61,943 nucleotides of DNA from Zwartia sp. (GTDB lineage Bacteria; Pseudomonadota; Gammaproteobacteria; Burkholderiales; Burkholderiaceae_B): assembly GCF_030653405.1 (NCBI RefSeq), contig NZ_JAURZO010000049.1. One strand, 5' to 3'. The notes below the pieces were generated by a model that saw only the letters and a list, made by a program, of their open reading frames with translations, ran no database searches and was not told where the DNA came from. Every line of letters starts with the position of its first letter. The first letter of the stretch is position 1. This document shows, piece after piece, positions 20,091 through 28,821 of this stretch. The translations under genes were made by a program, and so were the position numbers.

Positions 20091-20708
20091 ATGGCTTATT
20101 CACAAACGACTACAGCTTTGACGTCTGACGAAGCACTTGCAAAACTGATCGCAGGTAACAATCGATTCCTGGAGGGATTTGATGCCCCGGACTCGTTCAA
20201 ATATCAAGATCAGAGTATGTCCCTTACTCAGCATCCTTATGCTTGTATTTTAGGATGCGCTGACTCTAGAGTCAGCCCGGAGCACACCTTTGATGAAGGT
20301 CATGGCAACCTGTTTGTGACACGCGTTGCGGGCAATTTCGTGACGCCGGAGATTCTCGGTAGCCTGGAGTATGGAACGAGCGTGCTCGGAGCTTCGGTGA
20401 TTTTGGTGCTCGGACATAGTGGATGTGGGGCGATCAATGCCGCGATATCATCTGTCTCCACGCAGGCTAAGTTTGCAGGACAGATCGACACCTTAATCGG
20501 TGCACTAAAACCCACAGCGCAAGACACTCAACACTCAAGTCCTGAAATCTGGAAAAAAAATATGGTGTCACAAAATGTGCTTAAAAATGTTGAGATACTC
20601 AGAAGATCAGAACCTGTGCTTAAAAAATTGATTGGTGCAGGAAAGTTGAAAGTGGTCGGTGGCGTTTATCATTTAAATACGGGTAAGGTTGAAATACTCG
20701 CAGGTTAA
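20091..20708 (+). CDS. Beta-class carbonic anhydrase
   Basis: GNNRF, CADSRV, RVAGN and HSGCGA zinc-ligand motifs; no signal peptide. Confidence 0.94.
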   Translation: MAYSQTTTALTSDEALAKLIAGNNRFLEGFDAPDSFKYQDQSMSLTQHPYACILGCADSRVSPEHTFDEGHGNLFVTRVAGNFVTPEILGSLEYGTSVLGASVILVLGHSGCGAINAAISSVSTQAKFAGQIDTLIGALKPTAQDTQHSSPEIWKKNMVSQNVLKNVEILRRSEPVLKKLIGAGKLKVVGGVYHLNTGKVEILAG

Positions 20709-20724
20709 AAGGTAGTGCAGCACG

Positions 20725-22107
20725 ATGACGAATAAAAAAACTGAAACCTATTTAAGCAATAGTTGCCGTTACTTTGACAGATACGTCTGGCGTGAAATTC
20801 ATGCTTGGTACGCTGTATTACGTTACTACGGCATATTTATACCGGTTGCCATATTTGGCATCGTGGCAGTGGTTGCATATTTCAATCCCTTTGGACCGAA
20901 AAACGCCTATTTGGCCGTCGGGCAGGTGGGGTCATCTTATGGACTCATGGGTGAAAAATTCCAAACAATTTTTTCAAGCTATGGCGTTGATCTTGAGCTC
21001 ATTAAAACGACAGGTTTGGTTCAGGGGCTCAAAAATCTTGATGACCCAAAATCGAAAGTCAATGCAAGTTTTGTGACGGCCGGATTGGTATCGGCCAAAG
21101 AATATCCAAACCTCGTGTCATTAGGCAGTTTTCAGTACGCGCCCATCTGGATATTTTATAAGGGTGAAAAAATTCGAACCGACGATCCTTTCGAATATTT
21201 TTCCCATAGAAAAATCGGCATTGGCCTGCCCGATACAAACTCAAACAACATGTTTCGTCGCGCATTAGAACTTAACCAGCACGATATGCGAGACTCTCCG
21301 GGGTTGCTGGAGCTGCCGTATCTCGAAGCGGCAGAGCAACTTAAGGCAGGCAAGATTGATGCGGTATTTTTTATCGACAGTTTTGCCGCCCCTGTCGTGC
21401 AGCGTTTGTTAAAGGACCCAGATGTTCATGTCATGAGTTTTAATTTGGCAGATGCGTATGTAAAAAAATTCCCTTTTCTCCATAAGCTTGTCATACCAAA
21501 AGGCTCGATTAATCTGGAAAAAGTATTGCCCGCTGAAGACATTGTTTTGTTAGGCTCGACGACAAACCTGCTGGTAGAAAAAGATACGCACCCAGCTGTT
21601 CAATGGGCGTTTATGCTCGCGGCGAGTGATGTGGGCCGCTACACGGAGGACTTCTTTGCCAAGCCCGGTGAGTTTCCTCGATACATGGATTTAAACTTTC
21701 CCCTGAGCCCGGTTGCCAAGCGCTATTACACGCAAGGCCGTCCCGGAGTGTTTGACTATGTTCCGCTTTGGCTTGGCAGCATCATTGAAAGCACATGGGT
21801 GCTCATTCTGGCATTTATTGCCCTGATTTACCCCTTTTATAAGTGGCTGATGGGAATACGCAGCTATCCCTCAAAAAAGTTCATGCAGAAAAGCTTTATC
21901 AATCTGCGTGACTTGGAAGAAGATATACCGCGTGCGAAAACGAAAGAAGAGCTGCAGGCTTTACTTGATCGGTTGAATGGCCTGATGGAAGACAATCAAC
22001 TACGGTGGCTGGGCGAAGCAGAAGCGCGGTTTTATTTTGTCAAAAAAAATATTATGCACGGCATGCATAAGCAATTGACCGAAAAAATTGCCGCCTTAGA
22101 TCGCTAG
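20725..22107 (+). CDS. TAXI-family solute-binding protein with N- and C-terminal TM anchors
   Basis: TAXI-like segments (G..GSSY, T.G.V..L..L, YAPIWIFY, GKIDAVFF, YPFLxxxxIPxG-like, TNLLV..DTHPA), a second TM helix and a helical cytoplasmic tail. Confidence 0.75.
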   Translation: MTNKKTETYLSNSCRYFDRYVWREIHAWYAVLRYYGIFIPVAIFGIVAVVAYFNPFGPKNAYLAVGQVGSSYGLMGEKFQTIFSSYGVDLELIKTTGLVQGLKNLDDPKSKVNASFVTAGLVSAKEYPNLVSLGSFQYAPIWIFYKGEKIRTDDPFEYFSHRKIGIGLPDTNSNNMFRRALELNQHDMRDSPGLLELPYLEAAEQLKAGKIDAVFFIDSFAAPVVQRLLKDPDVHVMSFNLADAYVKKFPFLHKLVIPKGSINLEKVLPAEDIVLLGSTTNLLVEKDTHPAVQWAFMLAASDVGRYTEDFFAKPGEFPRYMDLNFPLSPVAKRYYTQGRPGVFDYVPLWLGSIIESTWVLILAFIALIYPFYKWLMGIRSYPSKKFMQKSFINLRDLEEDIPRAKTKEELQALLDRLNGLMEDNQLRWLGEAEARFYFVKKNIMHGMHKQLTEKIAALDR

Positions 22108-22907
22108 CGCCCCTGCATCGCCTGAAGAGTTTTTACCGCTTGCTCGATCGGTTCTGCTGAGATTTTTGTTTGTCCGGAATACGGATGATCGATGATCATG
22201 ACTGCGGAAAATATCAGCGCGAGCATCGTCACCTGAGTACTCAGCGCAATGATTCTGATCGGAGTCGCATGACAGAGCCTGAGCGCGCAGATCACTGCTA
22301 CACCAAGCAGATAAAGATAACTGATGGTCCAGAACAAAACAGGTAAGCCACCGGTGGCATTGGAAAGTCGAATTTCACGAGAAAGAATAATTTGATCTGT
22401 TTTGTTGACAATATTGTCGAATAAAAGTTTTTGCTTGACCGTATCCGGAGAGAGATTCATCAAGTTTTGAGTGAGCGTATCCATCAGTTTTTCTGTCTCA
22501 GGACTCCCTCCGGCATTCATCATTGGCCAATCGTCATTAATCACTGAGCTCGCATATTGGAGGAGGTCTTTGCGCATGTCCAGTGCCTCCTGACTCCCGT
22601 CCAAGAGCAGTAAGCGATCCAGACTTTCAATTTGGGTTCCCTCGGTTCTGACATTGGTTTCGTAATTATCGGCAGACCCCATCACCAAGACTAAGGTAAA
22701 GCCCATAATGACATATGCTGCACTTAAGGAGTTTTGTGTGGCGGTGTCGATCACATCTGTGTCTTCGTCATACAGTTTGACCGAATACACGAGCTTTCTA
22801 AAAATAACTGCCAATAATGACATGACCAACAAAGTTCCGAGCGGATACGCCCACAGTACGACCCACTCAGGCAGGATTTCAAAAAGCTTTAGATGAAAGT
22901 CGTACAT
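22104..22907 (-). CDS. DUF4239 (bestrophin-like) membrane protein
   Basis: 2+2 TM topology with a soluble helical insert; motifs V.TE...I..L.R, LP.LFW and IDHPYSG..IS.EP. Confidence 0.75.
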   Translation of the reverse strand: MYDFHLKLFEILPEWVVLWAYPLGTLLVMSLLAVIFRKLVYSVKLYDEDTDVIDTATQNSLSAAYVIMGFTLVLVMGSADNYETNVRTEGTQIESLDRLLLLDGSQEALDMRKDLLQYASSVINDDWPMMNAGGSPETEKLMDTLTQNLMNLSPDTVKQKLLFDNIVNKTDQIILSREIRLSNATGGLPVLFWTISYLYLLGVAVICALRLCHATPIRIIALSTQVTMLALIFSAVMIIDHPYSGQTKISAEPIEQAVKTLQAMQGR

Positions 22908-22915
22908 AGGTTGAG

Positions 22916-23812
22916 TTAATCTCTAAGGATTGAGTAAACCAGACTTGAGCGCTTCTTTGATGTCCCTTTGAACGCATAGCGCGCATTCGGATTAGCGTTT
23001 GGCGCAGGCAGGTCAATGGAGCTCAAGACAAGCTGATCGCCGAAAACACCTTTGATATCGATGGCGCAGTGCCGATAGATCTCCAAAAATGTTGCGCCAT
23101 CATCGACCTCGAAATCGAAAATATCCCGATCCGAACGTTTGTCTTTGGTGACATCGACAATCAGGCTCTTGTGAACCTCGACACGGCTGCTGCTCAGATT
23201 CAGACCGTCTTCCATGGGATTTTTGATTTCAATCCGATCAAATTTCACGTGTGAGTTTGTAATATCCAAACCGTCATCCGCTGAATAAAAACTGCGTACA
23301 GTCTTCACATTCCATTCGTTTTTACCTACACCAAGAATGGAAAAGCCATCAATATCATCGCGGGCGGCTATTTTCTTTTGAGCGCGCGTTTCCTGTAAAG
23401 GATCGTATCTACCAAGGTAGTAGGTCGCGATCATATCGGCATTGAAATTCGATAACGGTTTTTTTCGATTGACCATCACTGAGATCGTATCTTTGCTTGC
23501 ATCCAGAAAGTTTCCAAGAAACCAGAGGCCGCCATTGTCCGGGTGCTTGACCGGTTTGAAGTGCTCGTTCGCGGCCTTCACATACAGGCGTTTTGCCTCG
23601 AGTTTGGAGCCTTGATCAAATATCAGCGCGGATCTTCTGATCGAAGATTTTGGTTTGAGTCCATTGGTAATCAAAATCGTGACACGGTCTTCGACGTTGA
23701 GCGTGACGCCGGCAGCGACATGAACCTCTGCGTCGACAACATAAATCGTGCCGGCTTTGAGCGTTCTGCTTTTTTTAATGCTTCGGGAGATGACTTCGAA
23801 AGGAGTTTTCAT
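22916..23812 (-). CDS. Hypothetical protein, probable right-handed beta-helix
   Basis: Repeated DGFSI / DDGLDI / EDGLNL / DIFDF turns; GAGGT RBS before ATG 23812 (ORF extends to 23827). Confidence 0.7.
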   Translation of the reverse strand: MKTPFEVISRSIKKSRTLKAGTIYVVDAEVHVAAGVTLNVEDRVTILITNGLKPKSSIRRSALIFDQGSKLEAKRLYVKAANEHFKPVKHPDNGGLWFLGNFLDASKDTISVMVNRKKPLSNFNADMIATYYLGRYDPLQETRAQKKIAARDDIDGFSILGVGKNEWNVKTVRSFYSADDGLDITNSHVKFDRIEIKNPMEDGLNLSSSRVEVHKSLIVDVTKDKRSDRDIFDFEVDDGATFLEIYRHCAIDIKGVFGDQLVLSSIDLPAPNANPNARYAFKGTSKKRSSLVYSILRD

Positions 23813-23852
23813 TTTTACACACCTCATTCGTCAAAGAAGTAGAAAGTAATAG

Positions 23853-25550
23853 TCAAGGCTTGGGATAGAGTGTTTTCCACCAATCGCAGTGATGTGACGC
23901 GCCACCGTCAAACATCCCGACTTGATTTGGTAAGAATCTCATGATCGAGCGACTGTCAGAATATGGAATCCAGGCTGGGAGCGTCTGTACAGTAGGATGC
24001 CCAGTATGCACAAACGCCGCCCAATACTGAGTGATTTGATTGGCTAATACTTGTGAGCGAGCTGGCAAATTAGGTGAGTCGATTTTTTTGTCGTTAGAGA
24101 AGTGTGGAAATAAATAGTTGAGAATCGATGAGTGAACCGGTCCAAGCGGAAAGTCCGGATAAGGTCGCTCAATCCCCACGCCTTTTACCAACGCCTGCGG
24201 GTCGGCAAACTCAAATAAGTACATGTTGGATGAACCGGGATACGCTTTGATTGCGTCAGCAGTGCGGTAATACAAACAGTTGTTGATGCCTAACAGGGGG
24301 TTGTAGTCAGACAATGCGATCCCGAGTCTTTCAGCGCCTACGGAGGGGTTGTTAAAACCGTATTTTTTAGCCACGGCGCGAGCACGCTCACCGTAGAAGT
24401 TGGGCAGCCAATAGTGATGGATGGAGGCATTGTCTAGTGCGGGTCCTTTGCCACCGAGCGCGTCTTGCCACCAGTATCCGACATAAAGAAGAAGTTCTTT
24501 TTGCATACCACCCATTAGGATCGGCACGGGCAGGAAGCTGCCGCCCTTGTGTTGAGCGAGTGCGTCTGCAACAGACGTTTGGATGGTGGCATTGGGTGCC
24601 TCGGGCGTGCCGTAGACGGGGGCAAAGGCAGCGAGATCGGTTGGATTTTTTTCAGTAAAGCTTGTTTGCGCCCTGAGAATGTCGGCAACCGATTTTGCCC
24701 GCAAGCAGCTCAAGTCCCTGCCACCTGGACAGCCAAGACTATCCGCGATGGTTTTGCCATTTTTTTCGGCGGCTTGGGTGACAGTTTTGATGGGTGCCAG
24801 ACATCCCGCACTCACCACAATCGCTTGTTGAAATAAACCACGAACTTGTTCGGGACTCGCTAAATGCATACAGATGGATGCCGCACCGGCTGACTCGCCG
24901 GCGACCGTGACCCTTTTTGGATCTCCGCCAAAGCGTGCGATATTACTCTGTACCCAGCGTAAGGCCTCACGCTGGTCTTCAATACCGAAATTGCCATTGA
25001 CGGGATGAGATGCCAGAGCTGGCAAGGGAACAAAGCCAAGAAAGCCTAGGCGATAGTTGGCCGTGACCACCACCATGCGACCCTCAGTGGCAAGCCAGTC
25101 AGTGCGATACAAATTAGAGGCGCCACCAACAAAACCCCCGCCATGAATCCAGAACATGACGGGTAACTGCTCGCCTGCTTTGATATCACCAGGCAAAGTG
25201 ACATTTAACGTCAAGCAGTCTTCAGTGACACTACTATCCGTGAGTGCAAAGCGCGAAACCTGAGGACAGGCCGAACCAAAGTTGCTCGCATCCAACACAC
25301 CAGACCAGGCTTGTTTTGCTTTGGGAAGCGCCCATCGTCTCTCGCCAACAGGGGCTTCGGCATAGGAGATGCCGCGGTATTCGATGGCTCTTTTGCCAGA
25401 GGGTGCGCGCGTATAAATGCCCTGTATACGCCCGGTGTCAATGGTCAGTATTTGTGGGACATCCTGCGCCTGACTCGGTGCGAAATAGAGGAACAAGGCA
25501 CACAGCGTCATGCAGGCAGCAGTAAAGCGCATAAGGTTTGAGCAGAACAT
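23853..25550 (-). CDS. Secreted type-B carboxylesterase/lipase
   Basis: Signal peptide, EDCLTLNV, WIHGGG oxyanion hole, GESAG nucleophile and C-terminal GPVH. Confidence 0.9.
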   Translation of the reverse strand: MFCSNLMRFTAACMTLCALFLYFAPSQAQDVPQILTIDTGRIQGIYTRAPSGKRAIEYRGISYAEAPVGERRWALPKAKQAWSGVLDASNFGSACPQVSRFALTDSSVTEDCLTLNVTLPGDIKAGEQLPVMFWIHGGGFVGGASNLYRTDWLATEGRMVVVTANYRLGFLGFVPLPALASHPVNGNFGIEDQREALRWVQSNIARFGGDPKRVTVAGESAGAASICMHLASPEQVRGLFQQAIVVSAGCLAPIKTVTQAAEKNGKTIADSLGCPGGRDLSCLRAKSVADILRAQTSFTEKNPTDLAAFAPVYGTPEAPNATIQTSVADALAQHKGGSFLPVPILMGGMQKELLLYVGYWWQDALGGKGPALDNASIHHYWLPNFYGERARAVAKKYGFNNPSVGAERLGIALSDYNPLLGINNCLYYRTADAIKAYPGSSNMYLFEFADPQALVKGVGIERPYPDFPLGPVHSSILNYLFPHFSNDKKIDSPNLPARSQVLANQITQYWAAFVHTGHPTVQTLPAWIPYSDSRSIMRFLPNQVGMFDGGASHHCDWWKTLYPKP

Positions 25551-25618
25551 TTAGGTTGATCGATACACCTTAGTAGCTCAAAAAATGTAGCACTTATCCG
25601 TGCACCAAAGCTTACAAA

Positions 25619-26788
25619 TTACGACATATATGGATGTTTAAAAATCAAGTCCTGATCAATCTCAGAAACCTTGCTCACGCCGCTGAGTTGCATCGCGCGC
25701 ACGAACTCGTCCTTCAAAATATCCAGGGCGCGTGTCGCACCTGGCAAGCCAGCAGCGGCCGCACCGAAAAGTGTCGCGCGACCCGTGAGCACACCTTGCG
25801 CACCAAGTGCACGTGCTTTCAAAATATCCACACCACGCCGTACGCCGCCATCCACTAAGACAGGCAATCGACCAGCCACGGCTGCGACGACTGCGGGTAA
25901 GGCCTCAGCCGTTGCGGGCGCGCTGTCGAGCTGACGTCCACCGTGATTTGAGACAACGATCGCATCCACGCCCATATGGACCAGACGCTCTGCGTCGCTC
26001 GGACGCATGATGCCTTTGACGATTAATTTGCGCGGCCAGTTGTCGCGCATGATTTGAAGTTGTTGCCAATCAAAGGCGGGGTCGTAGTTTTTTCCGACAG
26101 AGGAGGCGAGTTTTTTACCGCCCTGATTATCGCGTTTGAGCTCCTTAATGTTTTCCATTTCCGGTGCGCCTTTAAATAGCATTGGCAGTGACCAGCCAGG
26201 ATGCAAGGCAAAGTCCAACACATTGCGTGGCGTGTACTTAAAAGGAAATACTAAGTGATTACGGAAATCCCGTTCGCGCTTACCGCCAACAGGTAAGTCT
26301 ACGGTGATCATCAGACCCTCGTAGTCTGCGTCATGTGCACGCTGAATCAGTGAGGCGAGCTTTTCCTTGTTAGACAGAATGTAGGCTTGAAACCAGAGTC
26401 GTCCAGGTGCGTCTTGAGCGATTTGCTCAATGGAGGCTGTTGCTGAGGTCGACAAAGAGTAAGGAATCCCCATTGTCGCTGCAGCACGCGCAATTGCGAT
26501 ATCAGCGCCATGGCGACCAAAGGCTGCTGCGCCGGTTGGCGCAATGGCCAAAGGCATGGCTGAAGGACCGCCTACTAGTTCGGTTGATGTGTCCACATTG
26601 GATACATCATTCAAGGCTTTGGGGACGATGCGAATACGACGAAAGGCATCGATGTTGTCGCGTAGTGTGACTTCTTCTTCGGCGCCGCCGTCAAAAAACT
26701 CAAAGATCGCGCGCGGCAGACGACGTTTAGCTATCGCGCGCAGATCCTCCACACTAAACGCACTTGCTGCTGTGCGATCCAGATTCAC
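25619..26788 (-). CDS. FMN-dependent alpha-hydroxy-acid oxidase/dehydrogenase
   Basis: GGAEEE, APTG, WFQ.Y, TVD.P..G.RERD, SNHGGRQLD and DGGVRRG motifs. Confidence 0.93.
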   Translation of the reverse strand: MNLDRTAASAFSVEDLRAIAKRRLPRAIFEFFDGGAEEEVTLRDNIDAFRRIRIVPKALNDVSNVDTSTELVGGPSAMPLAIAPTGAAAFGRHGADIAIARAAATMGIPYSLSTSATASIEQIAQDAPGRLWFQAYILSNKEKLASLIQRAHDADYEGLMITVDLPVGGKRERDFRNHLVFPFKYTPRNVLDFALHPGWSLPMLFKGAPEMENIKELKRDNQGGKKLASSVGKNYDPAFDWQQLQIMRDNWPRKLIVKGIMRPSDAERLVHMGVDAIVVSNHGGRQLDSAPATAEALPAVVAAVAGRLPVLVDGGVRRGVDILKARALGAQGVLTGRATLFGAAAAGLPGATRALDILKDEFVRAMQLSGVSKVSEIDQDLIFKHPYMS

Positions 26789-26791
26789 GAT

Positions 26792-27769
26792 TTATTCAGC
26801 TTTGATACCAGAAGCCTTGATCACACGATCCCAACGCTCCATGTCGCTGACCAGAAACTGACGAAACTCGGCTGGCGTATCACCGACAGGTTGAGCGCCG
26901 AGATCTTTCATACGCTTGATGACTTCGGGGTTTGCCATGGCTTTTTTGATCGAGGCATTCAGCTTGTCAACGATAGGTTGAGGTGTGCCGGCGGGTGCCA
27001 ACATACCAATCCAAGGTGCTGTTTGTTCAAAGCCAGGAAAGCCCGAGGCATTCATTGTGGGTACGCCTGGAAACTCAGGCATTGGCTGTGAGGAGCCGAC
27101 AGCCAACACACGAATGCGCTTGTTTTCTACATGACCCGCGATGCCGATCATTGGATAGAACATGAAGGACACACGTCCCGACATCACTTCAGTCAAAGCC
27201 GGTGCATTGCCGCGGAAAGGCACATGGACCATTTTGACGTTTGCCATGGTGCCCATCATTGCAGCTGCAAGGTGTGCTGAACCACCGTTACCTGCTGAGC
27301 CGTAACTGATGGCATCCGGAGCGCTTTTAGCCTTGTCGAGCAAGTCTTTGAGATTTTTGTATGGCGAGTCATACGCGGTCACGATGACCAATGGCAGGTT
27401 TGCGACTAGTGAGACAGGTGCAAAGCTTTTGATTGGATCGTATTCGGACTTGTCACCCAGCAAGAGCTTGTTAACGTTGTGTGACAAGGATGCGAACAGA
27501 ACGGTGTAGCCGTCAGGCTTGGCTTTCGCGACCTCGCGTGTGGCGATCAGCGAGTTGGCACCAGTGCGGTTTTCAACCACAACGGATTGCCCCAGATCGG
27601 TTGACATGTGTTGAGCCAGAATGCGACCAATGACATCGGTCGGACCGCCCGCAGCAAAACCAATTAACATTTTGACGGGCTGGTTTGGATAGTTGGCGGT
27701 CTGCGCCACGGTGGTCAATGGCAATGCCGCAGTCAGCGCCAGGCAAGCGCTAAAAAAAATTTTTTTCAT
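26792..27769 (-). CDS. Bug/TctC tripartite tricarboxylate transporter substrate-binding protein
   Basis: Signal peptide MKKIFF; YPNQPV...FAAGG.TD, VENRTGA, YGSAGNG and HVPFRG motifs. Start at ATG 27769. Confidence 0.93.
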   Translation of the reverse strand: MKKIFFSACLALTAALPLTTVAQTANYPNQPVKMLIGFAAGGPTDVIGRILAQHMSTDLGQSVVVENRTGANSLIATREVAKAKPDGYTVLFASLSHNVNKLLLGDKSEYDPIKSFAPVSLVANLPLVIVTAYDSPYKNLKDLLDKAKSAPDAISYGSAGNGGSAHLAAAMMGTMANVKMVHVPFRGNAPALTEVMSGRVSFMFYPMIGIAGHVENKRIRVLAVGSSQPMPEFPGVPTMNASGFPGFEQTAPWIGMLAPAGTPQPIVDKLNASIKKAMANPEVIKRMKDLGAQPVGDTPAEFRQFLVSDMERWDRVIKASGIKAE

Positions 27770-27827
27770 TTGTCTTCCAGTTATAAAAATAGTGAAGTGA
27801 GCGTGAGCAGTCAGCCCACCCGTCGCG

Positions 27828-28703
27828 CTATGCTGCCAAGGGAAAATACCGATCCGCCATGACTTGGCAACGTTTGATAAAGCGATGTTCGTCCGGACCA
27901 TAATCGGCGACTGCGTTGTGAATGGTACCCATGTTGTCCCACATCAGCACGTCCCCCGCCGTCCAGCGGTGCTGATATCGAAACTGTGGTTGCAGCTGAT
28001 GCTCGAATAAAAAGTTGAGGATTTCGTCGCTCTCTTTTTGTGGCAGCTCATTAATCTGAATGGAATAGCCGGGATTGGCGTACAACACTTTCTCCCCCGT
28101 GATGGGGTGTGTCAAAAAAATCGGATGTGAAACGGGTGGTTTTGCTTTGCGTTGCGCTTCCGTTAACGGCGGCCGAGTGCAACCAGGTTGCTTGCGCATG
28201 TTTTCCCAAAACTTGTTGAAATCATGCAGAACGGTCATGCCGTCGAGTTTTTTCTTTAGCTCTTCGGGTAGGGTGACATAGGCGGCCCGCATATTTGAAA
28301 ACTCGGTGCTGCCGAGCGGCTCGCCGTTTCGATGGGGGATCTCAATGCCGAACAGCACATTGGTGAAGGCAATCATCTTGCTATAGGACATATCCGTGTG
28401 CCAGTCCTGTCCGGCATCACCCAGACCGATGGGTTTGCCATCAACCTTTTTGTTTGACAGGATCATGACCTCGGGGAGGCCCGGCTCTTGGTACATATTC
28501 GCCACATTCACCTCAAGTGTGCCGAATTTGCTGGCGTAATCCTTTAACTGAGGCCCTGTCAGATCTTGCTTTGGGAAACAGAGCACACCATATTGTCCCA
28601 GTAAAGACTCAATCTTTTTGTAGTCATCGTGGGAGAGAGGTTTGGAGAGATCAAACTGCTCGACGCGTGCGCCAAGACCTTGTCCGCTAGGTGTCACGTT
28701 CAT
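27828..28703 (-). CDS. TauD/TfdA-family Fe(II)/2-oxoglutarate dioxygenase
   Basis: WHTD (HxD) motif, HP....HP.TG, and WDN...IH...R. Confidence 0.92.
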   Translation of the reverse strand: MNVTPSGQGLGARVEQFDLSKPLSHDDYKKIESLLGQYGVLCFPKQDLTGPQLKDYASKFGTLEVNVANMYQEPGLPEVMILSNKKVDGKPIGLGDAGQDWHTDMSYSKMIAFTNVLFGIEIPHRNGEPLGSTEFSNMRAAYVTLPEELKKKLDGMTVLHDFNKFWENMRKQPGCTRPPLTEAQRKAKPPVSHPIFLTHPITGEKVLYANPGYSIQINELPQKESDEILNFLFEHQLQPQFRYQHRWTAGDVLMWDNMGTIHNAVADYGPDEHRFIKRCQVMADRYFPLAA

Positions 28704-28797
28704 GATGGGCCATCCTCTTAGTGTGTCGTAGTGTGCTCAAGACTCAGAAGTCTAATGGTTAAGGCGTTGATGGAATAGAATAAAATTGTGAAATTAC

Positions 28798-28816
28798 TGT
28801 TCTCGATTTAGAAACA
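28798..28816. promoter_or_regulatory. LysR-type T-N11-A operator
   Basis: TGTT-N11-AACA dyad directly upstream of the LysR start, in the tauD/lysR divergent spacer. Confidence 0.55.
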
Positions 28817-28821
28817 ATGAC

